Shown here one piece after another: positions 35,049 through 43,610 of a DNA stretch of 43,610 nt. Position 1 is the stretch's first letter; each line of letters opens with the position of its first letter. The notes under the pieces are model-generated. The model made no database searches, was not told the DNA's origin, and saw only the letters and a program-made list of their open reading frames with translations. The stretch is from Cyanophyceae cyanobacterium (lineage in GTDB: Bacteria; Cyanobacteriota; Cyanobacteriia; Cyanobacteriales; Laspinemataceae), in the NCBI GenBank assembly GCA_038321985.1, contig JBBQFN010000040.1, forward strand, positions 1 to 43,610, given 5' to 3'. The position numbers and the translations under genes were made by a program.

Positions 35049-36065
35049 ATGACCTTAAAACCATCGTCCTGGAAAAAATTTAGTGCCTTACTCGTAGCTG
35101 GAATGGCTACCCTGGGGGCGATCAACCTACCTTTTCTAGCAAGCGCCCCGCCATTGCTGGCACAACAGCGCACCCCCAGTTCCCAACTATTAAGAACTAT
35201 CGGCGATCGCGCTTTCCCAATTTTTGCCGTCGCCTATAGCCCGACGACCTCAGTGGTGGTCAGTGGCAGCAATGAAGATACTATCAAATTTTGGAATGCT
35301 GAAACGGGAGAACTGAAATATACAGCTTCCGTCCATTTAGATGACGTGAGGGCCTTGGATATCTCTCCCAATGGTCAACTCCTTGCCAGTGGCAGCGATG
35401 ACAACACCGCAAATCTCTGGAATATGGAAACAGGACAGTTAATTTATACCCTTTACGGTCATACAAAAGGGGTCAAAGCAGTGGCATTTAGCCCTGATGG
35501 CCGGACTGTCGCTACGGGTAGTTGGGATAACACCGTTAAACTGTGGAACGTTGAGAACGGGCAAATCATTCGCACTTTGAGCGCCCATGAGGACGGCGTA
35601 GATGCAGTCGCTTTTAGTCCCAATGGCAGTATCCTGGCATCGGGCGGACTGGATAACAACGTCAAACTCTGGAACTTGAATACAGGGGAGTTAATCACGA
35701 CAATTCCCGCCCATGATGATTGGGTGAGTTCAGTTGCCTTTACCCCCGATGGACGAAACCTCGTGACCAGCAGTTACGATAGTACGGTAAAGATTTGGGA
35801 TGTAAACCGCGGTCAATTGTTGCAGACGCTGCAAGGTCATTCCTTCCCTGTCTATGCGATCGCCGTTACTCCAGATGGTCGCACCATTGCCTCGGCTAGT
35901 GACGATCGCACCGTGAAACTCTGGGATTTCGCAACGGGCAGATTGTTGGAAACCCTCACGGGACATGAGAAATCCATCTTTTCGCTCTCAATGGGACCCG
36001 ATGGCAGGCGATTGGCTTCCGCAGGAAATGACAACACTATCAATATCTGGGAATTACCACGGTAA
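35049..36065 (+). CDS. Exported WD40-repeat (7-bladed beta-propeller) protein
   Basis: Signal peptide followed by seven GH...VAFSPDG...ASGSxDxTVKLW-type repeats. Confidence 0.93.
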   Translation: MTLKPSSWKKFSALLVAGMATLGAINLPFLASAPPLLAQQRTPSSQLLRTIGDRAFPIFAVAYSPTTSVVVSGSNEDTIKFWNAETGELKYTASVHLDDVRALDISPNGQLLASGSDDNTANLWNMETGQLIYTLYGHTKGVKAVAFSPDGRTVATGSWDNTVKLWNVENGQIIRTLSAHEDGVDAVAFSPNGSILASGGLDNNVKLWNLNTGELITTIPAHDDWVSSVAFTPDGRNLVTSSYDSTVKIWDVNRGQLLQTLQGHSFPVYAIAVTPDGRTIASASDDRTVKLWDFATGRLLETLTGHEKSIFSLSMGPDGRRLASAGNDNTINIWELPR

Positions 36066-36130
36066 TTGCTGAAGAACCGACACCCTTTAGGGTGCTGTTT
36101 TTTATATATTAGCCCTGTCCAGGTTTATTT

Positions 36131-36177
36131 GTAGGGGCGCAATGCTTGCGCCCAATTCAGGGCGCAAGCATTGCTAC
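36131..36177. repeat. REP-like GTAG hairpin doublet between convergent genes
   Basis: GTAGGGGCGCAATGCTTGCGCCC-AATTCA-GGGCGCAAGCATTGCTAC; the two halves are inverted copies. Confidence 0.75.
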
Positions 36178-36237
36178 GTGAAATAAGGATTTTTTGTCAT
36201 CAAATTTATCATTTTGACCGGGCTAGTTTTTATAAAC

Positions 36238-37527
36238 TCACCCCCTGTCCTGCATCCGGGCTAATAAAGCCGCCCCATAGGCCGCTTCTGTCTGAGTCGG
36301 CGTCATCACTGGAACATTCAACCGACGCTGACGAATTGCCGTCCAAGTCGGGTTTCTTGACCCACCACCCGCTGTATAAACTCGCTTGAGTCGGTTGGCC
36401 CCAAACTCTTGTAACAGTTCATACCCGCGCATTTCAATCCGGGCCATACTTTCTAATAATCCATGCAAAAATTCCACATCAGAGTGGGGACGGGGTTCTA
36501 ATCGCGGGGGGAGTTCGGGATTATTTAAGGGAAAGCGTTCCCCAGGTTTGAGGAGGGGATAATATTTCAGGGGACTTTCGGTGTTCGGGTCAATTTTTTG
36601 ACTGAATTCTGCCAGTTGCCGATCGCTGAAATAGTGACCCAGAACTGCCCCTCCGGTATTGGATGCACCCCCCGTCAGCCATAAATCACCGAGACGATGA
36701 CTATAAATGCCATAGCGGGCATCATCCACGCGATCGCGACTCAGGAGTTTGAGCACCAGGGTTGAACCTAGGGAAGTCACCGCCTCTCCCGGTTCCCTTG
36801 CACCGGATGCCAAAAATGCGGCAATACTATCTGTAGTTCCCGCGCAAATCACGCAATCGGCAGGTAATCCAAAGCGATCGCCCATTTCTTCCGTTACCGG
36901 GGCGATGGGTGTTCCTGGTTTGACCACATGAGGCAAATAGGGAATAAACTTGGTAAACAGTTGGGGCAAAGCCAGTCGCAACCATTCGGGATAAAATAAA
37001 TGCTCAGGGTCATAGCCCAGTTTCAGGGCATTGTGATAGTCGCTGATCCCTATTTGACCGTGGAGTTGAAAACTCAGCCAATCTGCCTGATGTAGGAAAA
37101 ATAAACCCGTTGTAGCGACCCGATGAAGGGCATCGGGATACAATTTGGGATGACGGGCATACCACAACAGCTTTGCCAAACTGGAAGTCGCCCCAGTCGC
37201 CGGATGATTGGGTGGGGCAATTTCCCGCAACGTCTCCAGAACTGTTATCCCCCGGGCATCATTGTAGAGAATCGGTTCCGCTACAGGAGTACCACTGCGA
37301 TCGCACAGCAACACCGTAGAGGACGTGCCATCAATGGCGATCGCGGCGACTGACTGGCGCAGGGTTAGAGGCAGTTGATCCAGTAACGCAAATAACGCCT
37401 CCTGCCAGAGTTCCGGCGTTTGTCGGTCCAGGGGAAAATGCGCTTGTGCCTGAATCCCTGCATTTTCATCGATCGCCACTGCACGAGCACCGGAAGTCCC
37501 GAAGTCAATGCCGAGATAGAGGGTCAT
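36238..37527 (-). CDS. FGGY-family carbohydrate kinase (ribulose/xylulose kinase-like)
   Basis: YLGIDFGTSGAR, GTTDSIAAFLASG, SLGSTL, YTAGGG and TEAAYGAA motifs; start within 37527-37551. Confidence 0.92.
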   Translation of the reverse strand: MTLYLGIDFGTSGARAVAIDENAGIQAQAHFPLDRQTPELWQEALFALLDQLPLTLRQSVAAIAIDGTSSTVLLCDRSGTPVAEPILYNDARGITVLETLREIAPPNHPATGATSSLAKLLWYARHPKLYPDALHRVATTGLFFLHQADWLSFQLHGQIGISDYHNALKLGYDPEHLFYPEWLRLALPQLFTKFIPYLPHVVKPGTPIAPVTEEMGDRFGLPADCVICAGTTDSIAAFLASGAREPGEAVTSLGSTLVLKLLSRDRVDDARYGIYSHRLGDLWLTGGASNTGGAVLGHYFSDRQLAEFSQKIDPNTESPLKYYPLLKPGERFPLNNPELPPRLEPRPHSDVEFLHGLLESMARIEMRGYELLQEFGANRLKRVYTAGGGSRNPTWTAIRQRRLNVPVMTPTQTEAAYGAALLARMQDRG

Positions 37528-37686
37528 ACTCATCCCCTTTAAGGTTGCCATCCTCTAGTTTAGGCGATGTCTGGGGTCATTAGTCTTTGATAATGAATCA
37601 ATCAAGGCTTAAAAAATCTCAAGGTTTTAAGTGGCCTTCTGGATCAAAAATAATAAATAAGAGCAAACGAAGAGACTGTAAAAACA

Positions 37687-39654
37687 ATGTCCGAATCCAC
37701 GATTGAATCAACTCTTAACGAAAAACGGCAGTTTCCGCCATCAGCGGAATTTTCCAAAAATGCTCGAATCAAGAGTTTAGAAGAGTACCAGGCGCTTTAT
37801 GACGAAGCAGCAGCCAATCCCGAACAGTTTTGGGAACAGCTTGCCGAAAAAGAACTGCACTGGTTTAAAAAATGGGATAAAGTCCTCGACTGGCAACCCC
37901 CCAACGCCAAATGGTTTGTCGGGGGTCAGACGAATATTTCCTACAACTGCCTCGATCGCCACCTCACCACCCACCGCAAAAATAAAGCGGCCTTAATTTG
38001 GGAAGGAGAACCGGGCGATTCCCGCACCCTCACCTACGCCCAATTGCACCGAGAAGTCTGCCAAATGGCAAACGTGATCAAAGAGATGGGGGTAAAAAAA
38101 GGCGATCGCGTCGGGATTTATATGCCGATGATTCCTGAAGCAGCAGTTGCTATGTTGGCCTGTGCGCGGATTGGGGCCGCCCATACGGTGATTTTTGGCG
38201 GATTTAGCGCTGAATCCATCAAGGACCGCCTCATCGATGCCCAAGCTAAATTGGTGATTACCGCTGATGGCGGATGGCGCAAAGAATCCATTGTCGCCCT
38301 GAAAGAGCAAGTTGATAAAGCCATAGAACTAGGGGCCAGCAGCGTTGAGCACGTTCTGGTTGTTAAACGCACTGGACAAGAAATTGCCATGACACCGGAC
38401 CGCGATCAGTGGTGGCATGAACTCCAACCCACTGCCTCCGCCAACTGTCCCGCAGAACCGATGGACAGTGAAGACTTACTGTTTATCCTCTACACCTCCG
38501 GGACCACGGGCAAACCCAAAGGCGTTGTCCACACCACTGCGGGATACAACCTGTACACCCATGTCACCACGCAATGGACCTTTGACCTCCAAGAAACCGA
38601 TGTCTATTGGTGTACCGCTGATGTAGGTTGGATTACCGGCCATAGTTATATCGTGTATGGACCCTTGTCCAACGGTGCAACCACCGTCATGTATGAAGGG
38701 GCACCGCGACCCTCAAACCCCGGTTGTTTCTGGGATGTCATCGAAAAATATGGCGTGACCATCTTCTACACGGCACCCACGGCGATTCGGTCCTTCATCA
38801 AAATGGGGAACCAACATCCCAACGCCCGGGATTTGTCCTCCCTGAGATTACTGGGAACCGTCGGGGAACCGATTAACCCCGAAGCCTGGATCTGGTACGC
38901 TCATGTGATTGGGGGCGATCGCTGTCCAATTGTCGATACCTGGTGGCAAACCGAAACCGGGGGATTTATGATTACCCCCTTACCCGGTGCGATCGCCACA
39001 AAACCCGGTTCTGCCACTCGTCCCTTTCCCGGCATCTTGGCCGAAATCGTAGATTTAGACGGCAGTCCCGTCCCCGCCAACGAAGGCGGATATCTAGTAA
39101 TTAAGCATCCTTGGCCCGGAATGATGCGAACCGTCTACGGAGACCCGGACCGCTTCCGGCGCACCTATTGGGAACATATTGCCCCTAAAGACGGCCATTA
39201 CCTCTACTTTGCTGGAGATGGTGCCCGTTGCGACGAAGACGGCTATTTCTGGGTCATGGGTCGGGTGGATGACGTGATCAACGTTTCGGGACACCGTTTA
39301 GGGACAATGGAAATTGAGTCTGCCCTAGTCTCTCATGAGTCCGTCGCTGAAGCAGCGGTTGTCGGTAAACCCGATGAAATACGCGGCGAGGCGATCGTTG
39401 CTTTCCTGTCTTTAGAAAACGGATATGAGCCCAGTCCAGAACTAGAAAAAGCCCTGAAACAGCACGTTGTTAATGAAATTGGGGCCTTAGCGCGACCCAC
39501 GGAAATCCGATTTACTGAGGATTTACCCAAAACGCGATCGGGCAAAATCATGCGCCGCATCCTCCGCAATCTCGCCGCTGGGGAAGAAATCGCCGGGGAT
39601 ACCTCAACCCTACAAGACCGCAGTGTACTAGACAAACTCCGAAGCGGAGGTTAA
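37687..39654 (+). CDS. acs: Acetyl-coenzyme A synthetase
   Basis: [37 protein letters not shown] and [12 protein letters not shown] motifs. Confidence 0.97.
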   Translation: MSESTIESTLNEKRQFPPSAEFSKNARIKSLEEYQALYDEAAANPEQFWEQLAEKELHWFKKWDKVLDWQPPNAKWFVGGQTNISYNCLDRHLTTHRKNKAALIWEGEPGDSRTLTYAQLHREVCQMANVIKEMGVKKGDRVGIYMPMIPEAAVAMLACARIGAAHTVIFGGFSAESIKDRLIDAQAKLVITADGGWRKESIVALKEQVDKAIELGASSVEHVLVVKRTGQEIAMTPDRDQWWHELQPTASANCPAEPMDSEDLLFILYTSGTTGKPKGVVHTTAGYNLYTHVTTQWTFDLQETDVYWCTADVGWITGHSYIVYGPLSNGATTVMYEGAPRPSNPGCFWDVIEKYGVTIFYTAPTAIRSFIKMGNQHPNARDLSSLRLLGTVGEPINPEAWIWYAHVIGGDRCPIVDTWWQTETGGFMITPLPGAIATKPGSATRPFPGILAEIVDLDGSPVPANEGGYLVIKHPWPGMMRTVYGDPDRFRRTYWEHIAPKDGHYLYFAGDGARCDEDGYFWVMGRVDDVINVSGHRLGTMEIESALVSHESVAEAAVVGKPDEIRGEAIVAFLSLENGYEPSPELEKALKQHVVNEIGALARPTEIRFTEDLPKTRSGKIMRRILRNLAAGEEIAGDTSTLQDRSVLDKLRSGG

Positions 39655-39669
39655 AACCCTTCTCCAGTC

Positions 39670-39692
39670 CCCTCCCCTTGCTAAGGGGAGGG
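39670..39692. repeat. GC-rich perfect hairpin after acs (dispersed palindrome or terminator)
   Basis: CCCTCCCCTT-GCT-AAGGGGAGGG. Confidence 0.55.
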
Positions 39693-39786
39693 CTATTATT
39701 CTTGAGGCTAGTAAAACACCCCAATCGGTGATAAGCTCAGAAATTGGGCAAAATCGCACTGCAAGTCATTTCCTGGAACTGAGACA

Positions 39787-40107
39787 ATGGGCAAAACTTA
39801 TACCGTTGAAATTATCCATAAAGGCACTTCCCACACAATAGAAGTGCCAGAAGATAAACAGATTCTGCGCGCTGCTTATGCTGCTGGAATTCTAGATCTA
39901 CCCAGTTCCTGCAATGCGGGAGTCTGTACCACCTGTGCAGCGAAAATTATCGGCGAAGGGTCGGTGGATCAATCTGAGGGCATGGGCGTGGGTACAGATA
40001 TGCAGGCGCAGGGATATCTCCTCTTATGTGTTTCTTACCCGCGCTCAAACCTCAAAATTGAGACGGAAAAGGAAGATGAAGTCTATGAAGCTCAATTCGG
40101 TCACTAA
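39787..40107 (+). CDS. Plant-type [2Fe-2S] ferredoxin (minor type with C-terminal extension)
   Basis: LPSSCNAGVCTTCA...LLCVSYPRS with EKEDEVYEAQFG tail. Confidence 0.93.
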   Translation: MGKTYTVEIIHKGTSHTIEVPEDKQILRAAYAAGILDLPSSCNAGVCTTCAAKIIGEGSVDQSEGMGVGTDMQAQGYLLLCVSYPRSNLKIETEKEDEVYEAQFGH

Positions 40108-40171
40108 TCTTTAAGATTGGGGGTTTAAGGCGTTAATATTCTGACCATAAAGTACAAGGGAATTCTTGACT

Positions 40172-40351
40172 ATGACGACTCATTTTATTTCGGCTGAAAT
40201 TGATTTAAAAGCCTCTCCGGTTGAATTACAGCAAGCCATTGAAACGGAACTGGAAAAGCGCGGAGAACCCCTGCGTTGGGCGGTGACTTCGGTGGATGAA
40301 GAGACTCAAAAAGTTGCAGTAGAAGCGGTGGTGACGGTACAGGAGGGATAA
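40172..40351 (+). CDS. Small conserved hypothetical protein
   Basis: MTTHFISAEIDL...IETELEKRGEPLRWAVTSVD...VEAVVT, located between the ferredoxin and DUF3326 genes. Confidence 0.75.
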   Translation: MTTHFISAEIDLKASPVELQQAIETELEKRGEPLRWAVTSVDEETQKVAVEAVVTVQEG

Positions 40352-40361
40352 GGGATGAAGT

Positions 40362-40436
40362 GGGGAGAAGAAACGACTGAAGTCGTTACTACGAACTTAT
40401 GATAACGACTGAAGTCGTTACTACAAAATTCTCCCC
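40362..40436. repeat. Two direct copies of the 21-nt dispersed repeat inside GGGGAGAA/TTCTCCCC inverted ends
   Basis: AACGACTGAAGTCGTTACTAC at 40372-40392 and 40404-40424. Confidence 0.85.
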
Positions 40437-40461
40437 TATCCTCCCTATCTCCTCTATTGCT

Positions 40462-41526
40462 ATGATTCAACGTCCTTATACTGTGATGCTAATCGTTCCT
40501 ACGGGAGTAGGGGCGGCTATTGGGGGTTATGCCGGAGATGCGTTGCCGATCGCCAGGGCGATCGCCCAAGTTTGCGATCGCCTGATTACCCATCCCAATG
40601 TCCTCAATGGTGCACAATTATATTGGCCGATTTCTAATGCGTTCTATGTGGAAGGATACGCCCTGGACTGCTTTGCTAAGGGAGATTGGGGACTGCAACC
40701 TGTCCATCAAAATCGCATCGGTTTAATTCTCGACTGTGCGATCGAACCGGAACTCAGAATTCGCCACTTACAAGCTGCTGATGCGACTAGAGCAACTTTA
40801 GGCTTAAATCTAACTGAATATGTCATCACCGATGCACCGTTAAACGTCGAATTGCGGACTTCTGCGGCTGGTGCAAGTTGGGGAACTATTGGTAACCCAG
40901 ATAGCTTACTCAGGGCTGCGGAACGGTTAATTAAAGACGCCAAAGCGGAGGCAGTCGCCGTGGTTGCCCGATTTCCCGATGATATGGAAAGCGAAGCCCT
41001 CCACAACTATCGCCACGGGACCGGAGTCGATCCCCTGGCTGGTGCAGAAGCGGTAATCAGTCATCTAATCGTTCGCACCTTCAAAATTCCCTGTGCTCAT
41101 GCCCCGGCTTTGTTACCCCTTCCCCTCGACCCGGATATCTCTCCCCGTTCCGCTGCGGAAGAAATTGGCTATACTTTCTTACCCTGTGTTCTGGCTGGGC
41201 TGAGTCGCGCTCCTCAATTTATTAGCACAAAATCTCCACATTGTCAACCTGCGGATATTTGGGTCGAACAAGTCGATGCCCTCGTCATACCGGCTACAGC
41301 AGCCGGAGGTAGTGCTGTGTTAAGTTTAAGTCACCAATCTGCCCAGATTATTGCCGTCCGAGAGAATCAAACTCAGATGCAAGTCCCCCCAGCCAGTCTG
41401 GGAGTGCCAGCAATTGAGCTAAACTCCTATTTAGAGGCCCTGGGTTGGTTAGTAGCGCATCGGGCAGGAATTGCCCCAACTGCCCTAAGTCCAAGTCTCT
41501 CTTCTCTCCAGTGCCTTTCGGATTAA
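40462..41526 (+). CDS. DUF3326 domain protein
   Basis: LIVPTGVGAAIGGYAGDALP, LITHPNVLNGA and GVDPLAGAEAVISH motifs; ATG at 40462 preferred because the longer start lies in the repeat. Confidence 0.9.
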   Translation: MIQRPYTVMLIVPTGVGAAIGGYAGDALPIARAIAQVCDRLITHPNVLNGAQLYWPISNAFYVEGYALDCFAKGDWGLQPVHQNRIGLILDCAIEPELRIRHLQAADATRATLGLNLTEYVITDAPLNVELRTSAAGASWGTIGNPDSLLRAAERLIKDAKAEAVAVVARFPDDMESEALHNYRHGTGVDPLAGAEAVISHLIVRTFKIPCAHAPALLPLPLDPDISPRSAAEEIGYTFLPCVLAGLSRAPQFISTKSPHCQPADIWVEQVDALVIPATAAGGSAVLSLSHQSAQIIAVRENQTQMQVPPASLGVPAIELNSYLEALGWLVAHRAGIAPTALSPSLSSLQCLSD

Positions 41527-41609
41527 CTGTGGCGATCGCCCAGTCCGAACTCGCATCGGAAAGTTTAGCACTTGGTGTCAATCATCTACATTCTAAACCG
41601 AGAACCGCC

Positions 41610-42215
41610 GTGACAGAACAGCTTCCGAACGATCCACAACTGGAAACCTTTACCCGCACTCAAATTCTCATGGGGATGGGAGTAACGGCGATCGTCTTGT
41701 TTGGGATAGCCAAACTCTGGCTATACTTTGGAAATGTGACGAGACTGGGTTGGGGTTGGGATGGAGTGGCGATCGCCGCTGGGGTTGGGTTAGGACTCGC
41801 CATTAGCGCCACCAGTTCCCTAATTTATCGCTTGTGGCCGGGATATCGACACTGTGCGGACTTTTATCTCCAAATCGTTTTAGAACCCCTCGTCTGGCCC
41901 GATTTACTGTGGTTAGGGCTGTTACCGGGACTGAGTGAGGAACTGTTATTTCGAGGGGTGATGCTTCCGGCAGTCGGGTTAAATGCAGTTGGGTTAATCT
42001 TATCCAGTTTGTGCTTTGGCGTCTTACATTTGAGTGGACTTCAACAGTGGCCCTATATGGTGTGGGCGACGGTAGTCGGACTCATTTTAGGCGGGAGTGC
42101 GCTAGTAACTGGGAATTTGTTTGTCCCCATTACAGCGCACATTGTGACAAATTTGATTTCCAGTGTCTTGTGGAAACTCGGTAAAACTGGCAACGAAGGG
42201 CGATCGCTGGATTAA
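41610..42215 (+). CDS. CPBP (Abi/CAAX) family intramembrane glutamic endopeptidase
   Basis: PGLSEELLFRG, FGVLH and AHIVTN motifs; multiple TM helices; GTG at 41610 is the likely start. Confidence 0.9.
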   Translation: MTEQLPNDPQLETFTRTQILMGMGVTAIVLFGIAKLWLYFGNVTRLGWGWDGVAIAAGVGLGLAISATSSLIYRLWPGYRHCADFYLQIVLEPLVWPDLLWLGLLPGLSEELLFRGVMLPAVGLNAVGLILSSLCFGVLHLSGLQQWPYMVWATVVGLILGGSALVTGNLFVPITAHIVTNLISSVLWKLGKTGNEGRSLD

Positions 42216-42236
42216 TCTAACGCTGAGAATCCCGGT

Positions 42237-42923
42237 TTACCGCCCCGATCGCCGATGGATACCACCCGCAGCCACTGCGATCGCAAGCGGATAAATCCGA
42301 TGTTCCTGAACCTGAATTCGAGCGTGTAAACTCTCTGGCGTATCATTAGGAAACACGGGAACTGCTGCTTGCATTAAAATCGCCCCACTGTCCACTTCTG
42401 GCGCGACCAAATGCACCGTACAACCGCTAATTTTTACCCCAGCGGCGATCGCATCTTCCACCGCATGACCGCCTTTAAAACTAGGCAATAAACTCGGATG
42501 CAGATTCAAAATTCGGTTGGGAAACGCATCAATCAAAACCGGCGTAACAATCCGCATCCAACCCGCCATCACCACTAATTCTACATCATGTTCGTGCAAC
42601 GTTTCAATAATTTTTACATCTAAATCTTTTCGGCTGGAATACTCCCGATGGTTATGTAAAACTGCCGGAACCTGCCATCGATTAGCCCGTTTTAAAACCT
42701 GGGCTTGGGGATTATTGTAAATCAGAACCTGAATTTTGGCATGGAGTTGTCCGCTGGAAATGGCGGCGGCGATCGCCTCAAAATTGCTCCCACTCCCCGA
42801 TGCCATAACCCCCAACCGAATCGGGCGATCGGCAGGAGGATTTTCCGCCATAAAACTAGGCGGCAACGCAGGAGAAATAAAGCTAGGGCTAGACTCAGAG
42901 TTCAGTCGTGGGTCATTGGTCAT
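42237..42923 (-). CDS. purN: Phosphoribosylglycinamide formyltransferase
   Basis: GVMASGSGSNF, MAGWMRIV, LNLHPSLLPSF, GCTVH, VDSG and EHRIYP motifs; start may be 42923 or 42851. Confidence 0.95.
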   Translation of the reverse strand: MTNDPRLNSESSPSFISPALPPSFMAENPPADRPIRLGVMASGSGSNFEAIAAAISSGQLHAKIQVLIYNNPQAQVLKRANRWQVPAVLHNHREYSSRKDLDVKIIETLHEHDVELVVMAGWMRIVTPVLIDAFPNRILNLHPSLLPSFKGGHAVEDAIAAGVKISGCTVHLVAPEVDSGAILMQAAVPVFPNDTPESLHARIQVQEHRIYPLAIAVAAGGIHRRSGR

Positions 42924-42952
42924 TTGTCATTGGTCACTTGTCATTGGTCATT
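42911..42952. repeat. STRR-type heptamer tract, 6 copies
   Basis: GGTCATT GGTCATT TGTCATT GGTCACT TGTCATT GGTCATT. Confidence 0.9.
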
Positions 42953-43083
42953 CGTGGGTAGTTTGCATTCAAATGACTGATCGCTGACAACCGATCTTGA
43001 TAGCCGAAGCCGCAAGGCTCGGTTTTGTTGAATTCGTCGGTAACCGTCCCTCCCGAGCAGGCGCTCGCGGGAGCAAGACTACG

Positions 43084-43118
43084 CAACTGACAACTGACAA
43101 CGCACAACTGACAACTGA
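43084..43118. repeat. Heptamer tract (CAACTGA), 5 copies
   Basis: CAACTGA CAACTGA CAACGCA CAACTGA CAACTGA immediately upstream of the ATG at 43123. Confidence 0.85.
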
Positions 43119-43122
43119 AAAA

Positions 43123-43610
43123 ATGGACAGAAGAGTCGTCATCACCGGTATCGGAATCATCTCCCCCATCGGCATCGGAGCGGCCACGTTTTGGGAGAAT
43201 CTCATCGCCGGCAAGGTCGGCGTGCAGCGCATTGCCGCGTTCGATCCTTCCGGGTTTTCCTCGCAAATCGCCGGTGAAGTGCCCGCGTATAAGATCGGCG
43301 ACTACGTCCCCAAGAGCTATCGCAAAGCCACCAAGGTGATGGCTCGCGATATTGCCCTGGCTGTGGTGGCGGCCGACGATGCCTTCAAAGACGCGGGGAT
43401 TCAATCCAAGGCCTACACCGAAACGCCAACGCTCAACAGCGCCCGCTTCGGCTGCAACATCGGGGCGGGCCTGATTAGCTGCGAGTTGGATGAACTCACC
43501 CACGCCATGCACGTCGCCCGCGAAGGCGGAAAGCTCGATCTGCAAAAGTGGGGCACCGAGGGGATGAACCAGCTCACGCCGTTATGGCTGCTGAAATATC
43601 TGCCGAACAT
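43123..43610 (+). CDS. Beta-ketoacyl-ACP synthase family (FabF-like or chain-length-factor-like) protein, N-terminal part, truncated by the window edge
   Basis: Manual translation (absent from the ORF track): MDRRVVITGIGIISPIGIGAATFWENLIAGKVGVQRIAAFDPSGFSSQIAGEVP...RKATKVMARDIALAVVAADDAFKDAG...RFGCNIGAG...LTPLWLLKYLPN. It has the ketosynthase N-domain pattern and is open to the end of the window. Confidence 0.9.
   Translation, partial: MDRRVVITGIGIISPIGIGAATFWENLIAGKVGVQRIAAFDPSGFSSQIAGEVPAYKIGDYVPKSYRKATKVMARDIALAVVAADDAFKDAGIQSKAYTETPTLNSARFGCNIGAGLISCELDELTHAMHVAREGGKLDLQKWGTEGMNQLTPLWLLKYLPN

Noticed and set aside
40372..40424. Palindromic direct repeats as a mini-CRISPR
   Set aside because: Only two 21-nt copies with an 11-nt gap; the same motif is dispersed elsewhere in the window.
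42934..43545. 203-aa minus-strand ORF
   Set aside because: Antisense shadow of the GC-rich ketosynthase gene on the plus strand; its end is heptamer-derived.

Overview
This is a filamentous cyanobacterial chromosome segment (Oscillatoriales-like by inference; HIP1 octamer GCGATCGC is frequent). The left third is conserved core: the 5' end of mnmG, psbB-psbT-nrdR-rps1-HAD-metK, DUF3352, two stand-alone DUF1400 genes and an M20 amidohydrolase. The middle (about 15-31 kb) is accessory. It holds two coiled-coil proteins with paralogous N-terminal membrane segments, one fused to a degenerate PLD-like domain and TPRs, next to an HTH regulator with a palindromic operator. It also holds an orphaned DUF433 antitoxin whose toxin is cut off by a small repeat, and a minus-strand cassette: TPR-CHAT (caspase-like) protease, small helical protein, an interposed UPF0175/DUF3368 toxin-antitoxin pair, and a coiled-coil/2-TM membrane protein. 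That cassette is the best candidate for a protease-triggered defence or cell-death system. A SIMPL pseudogene remnant, YkvA, SIMPL and an OmpA lipoprotein pair follow. The right part is again core (Uma2, pcrA, WD40, FGGY kinase, acs, ferredoxin, DUF3326, CPBP protease, purN). The last ~650 bp, after a heptamer repeat tract, are markedly GC-richer and encode a non-cyanobacterial-looking ketosynthase N-terminus, suggesting a chimeric join or a foreign insertion. No rRNA, tRNA, CRISPR array or intact transposase was recognised. All family assignments are from motif recognition by eye; no database searches were run.
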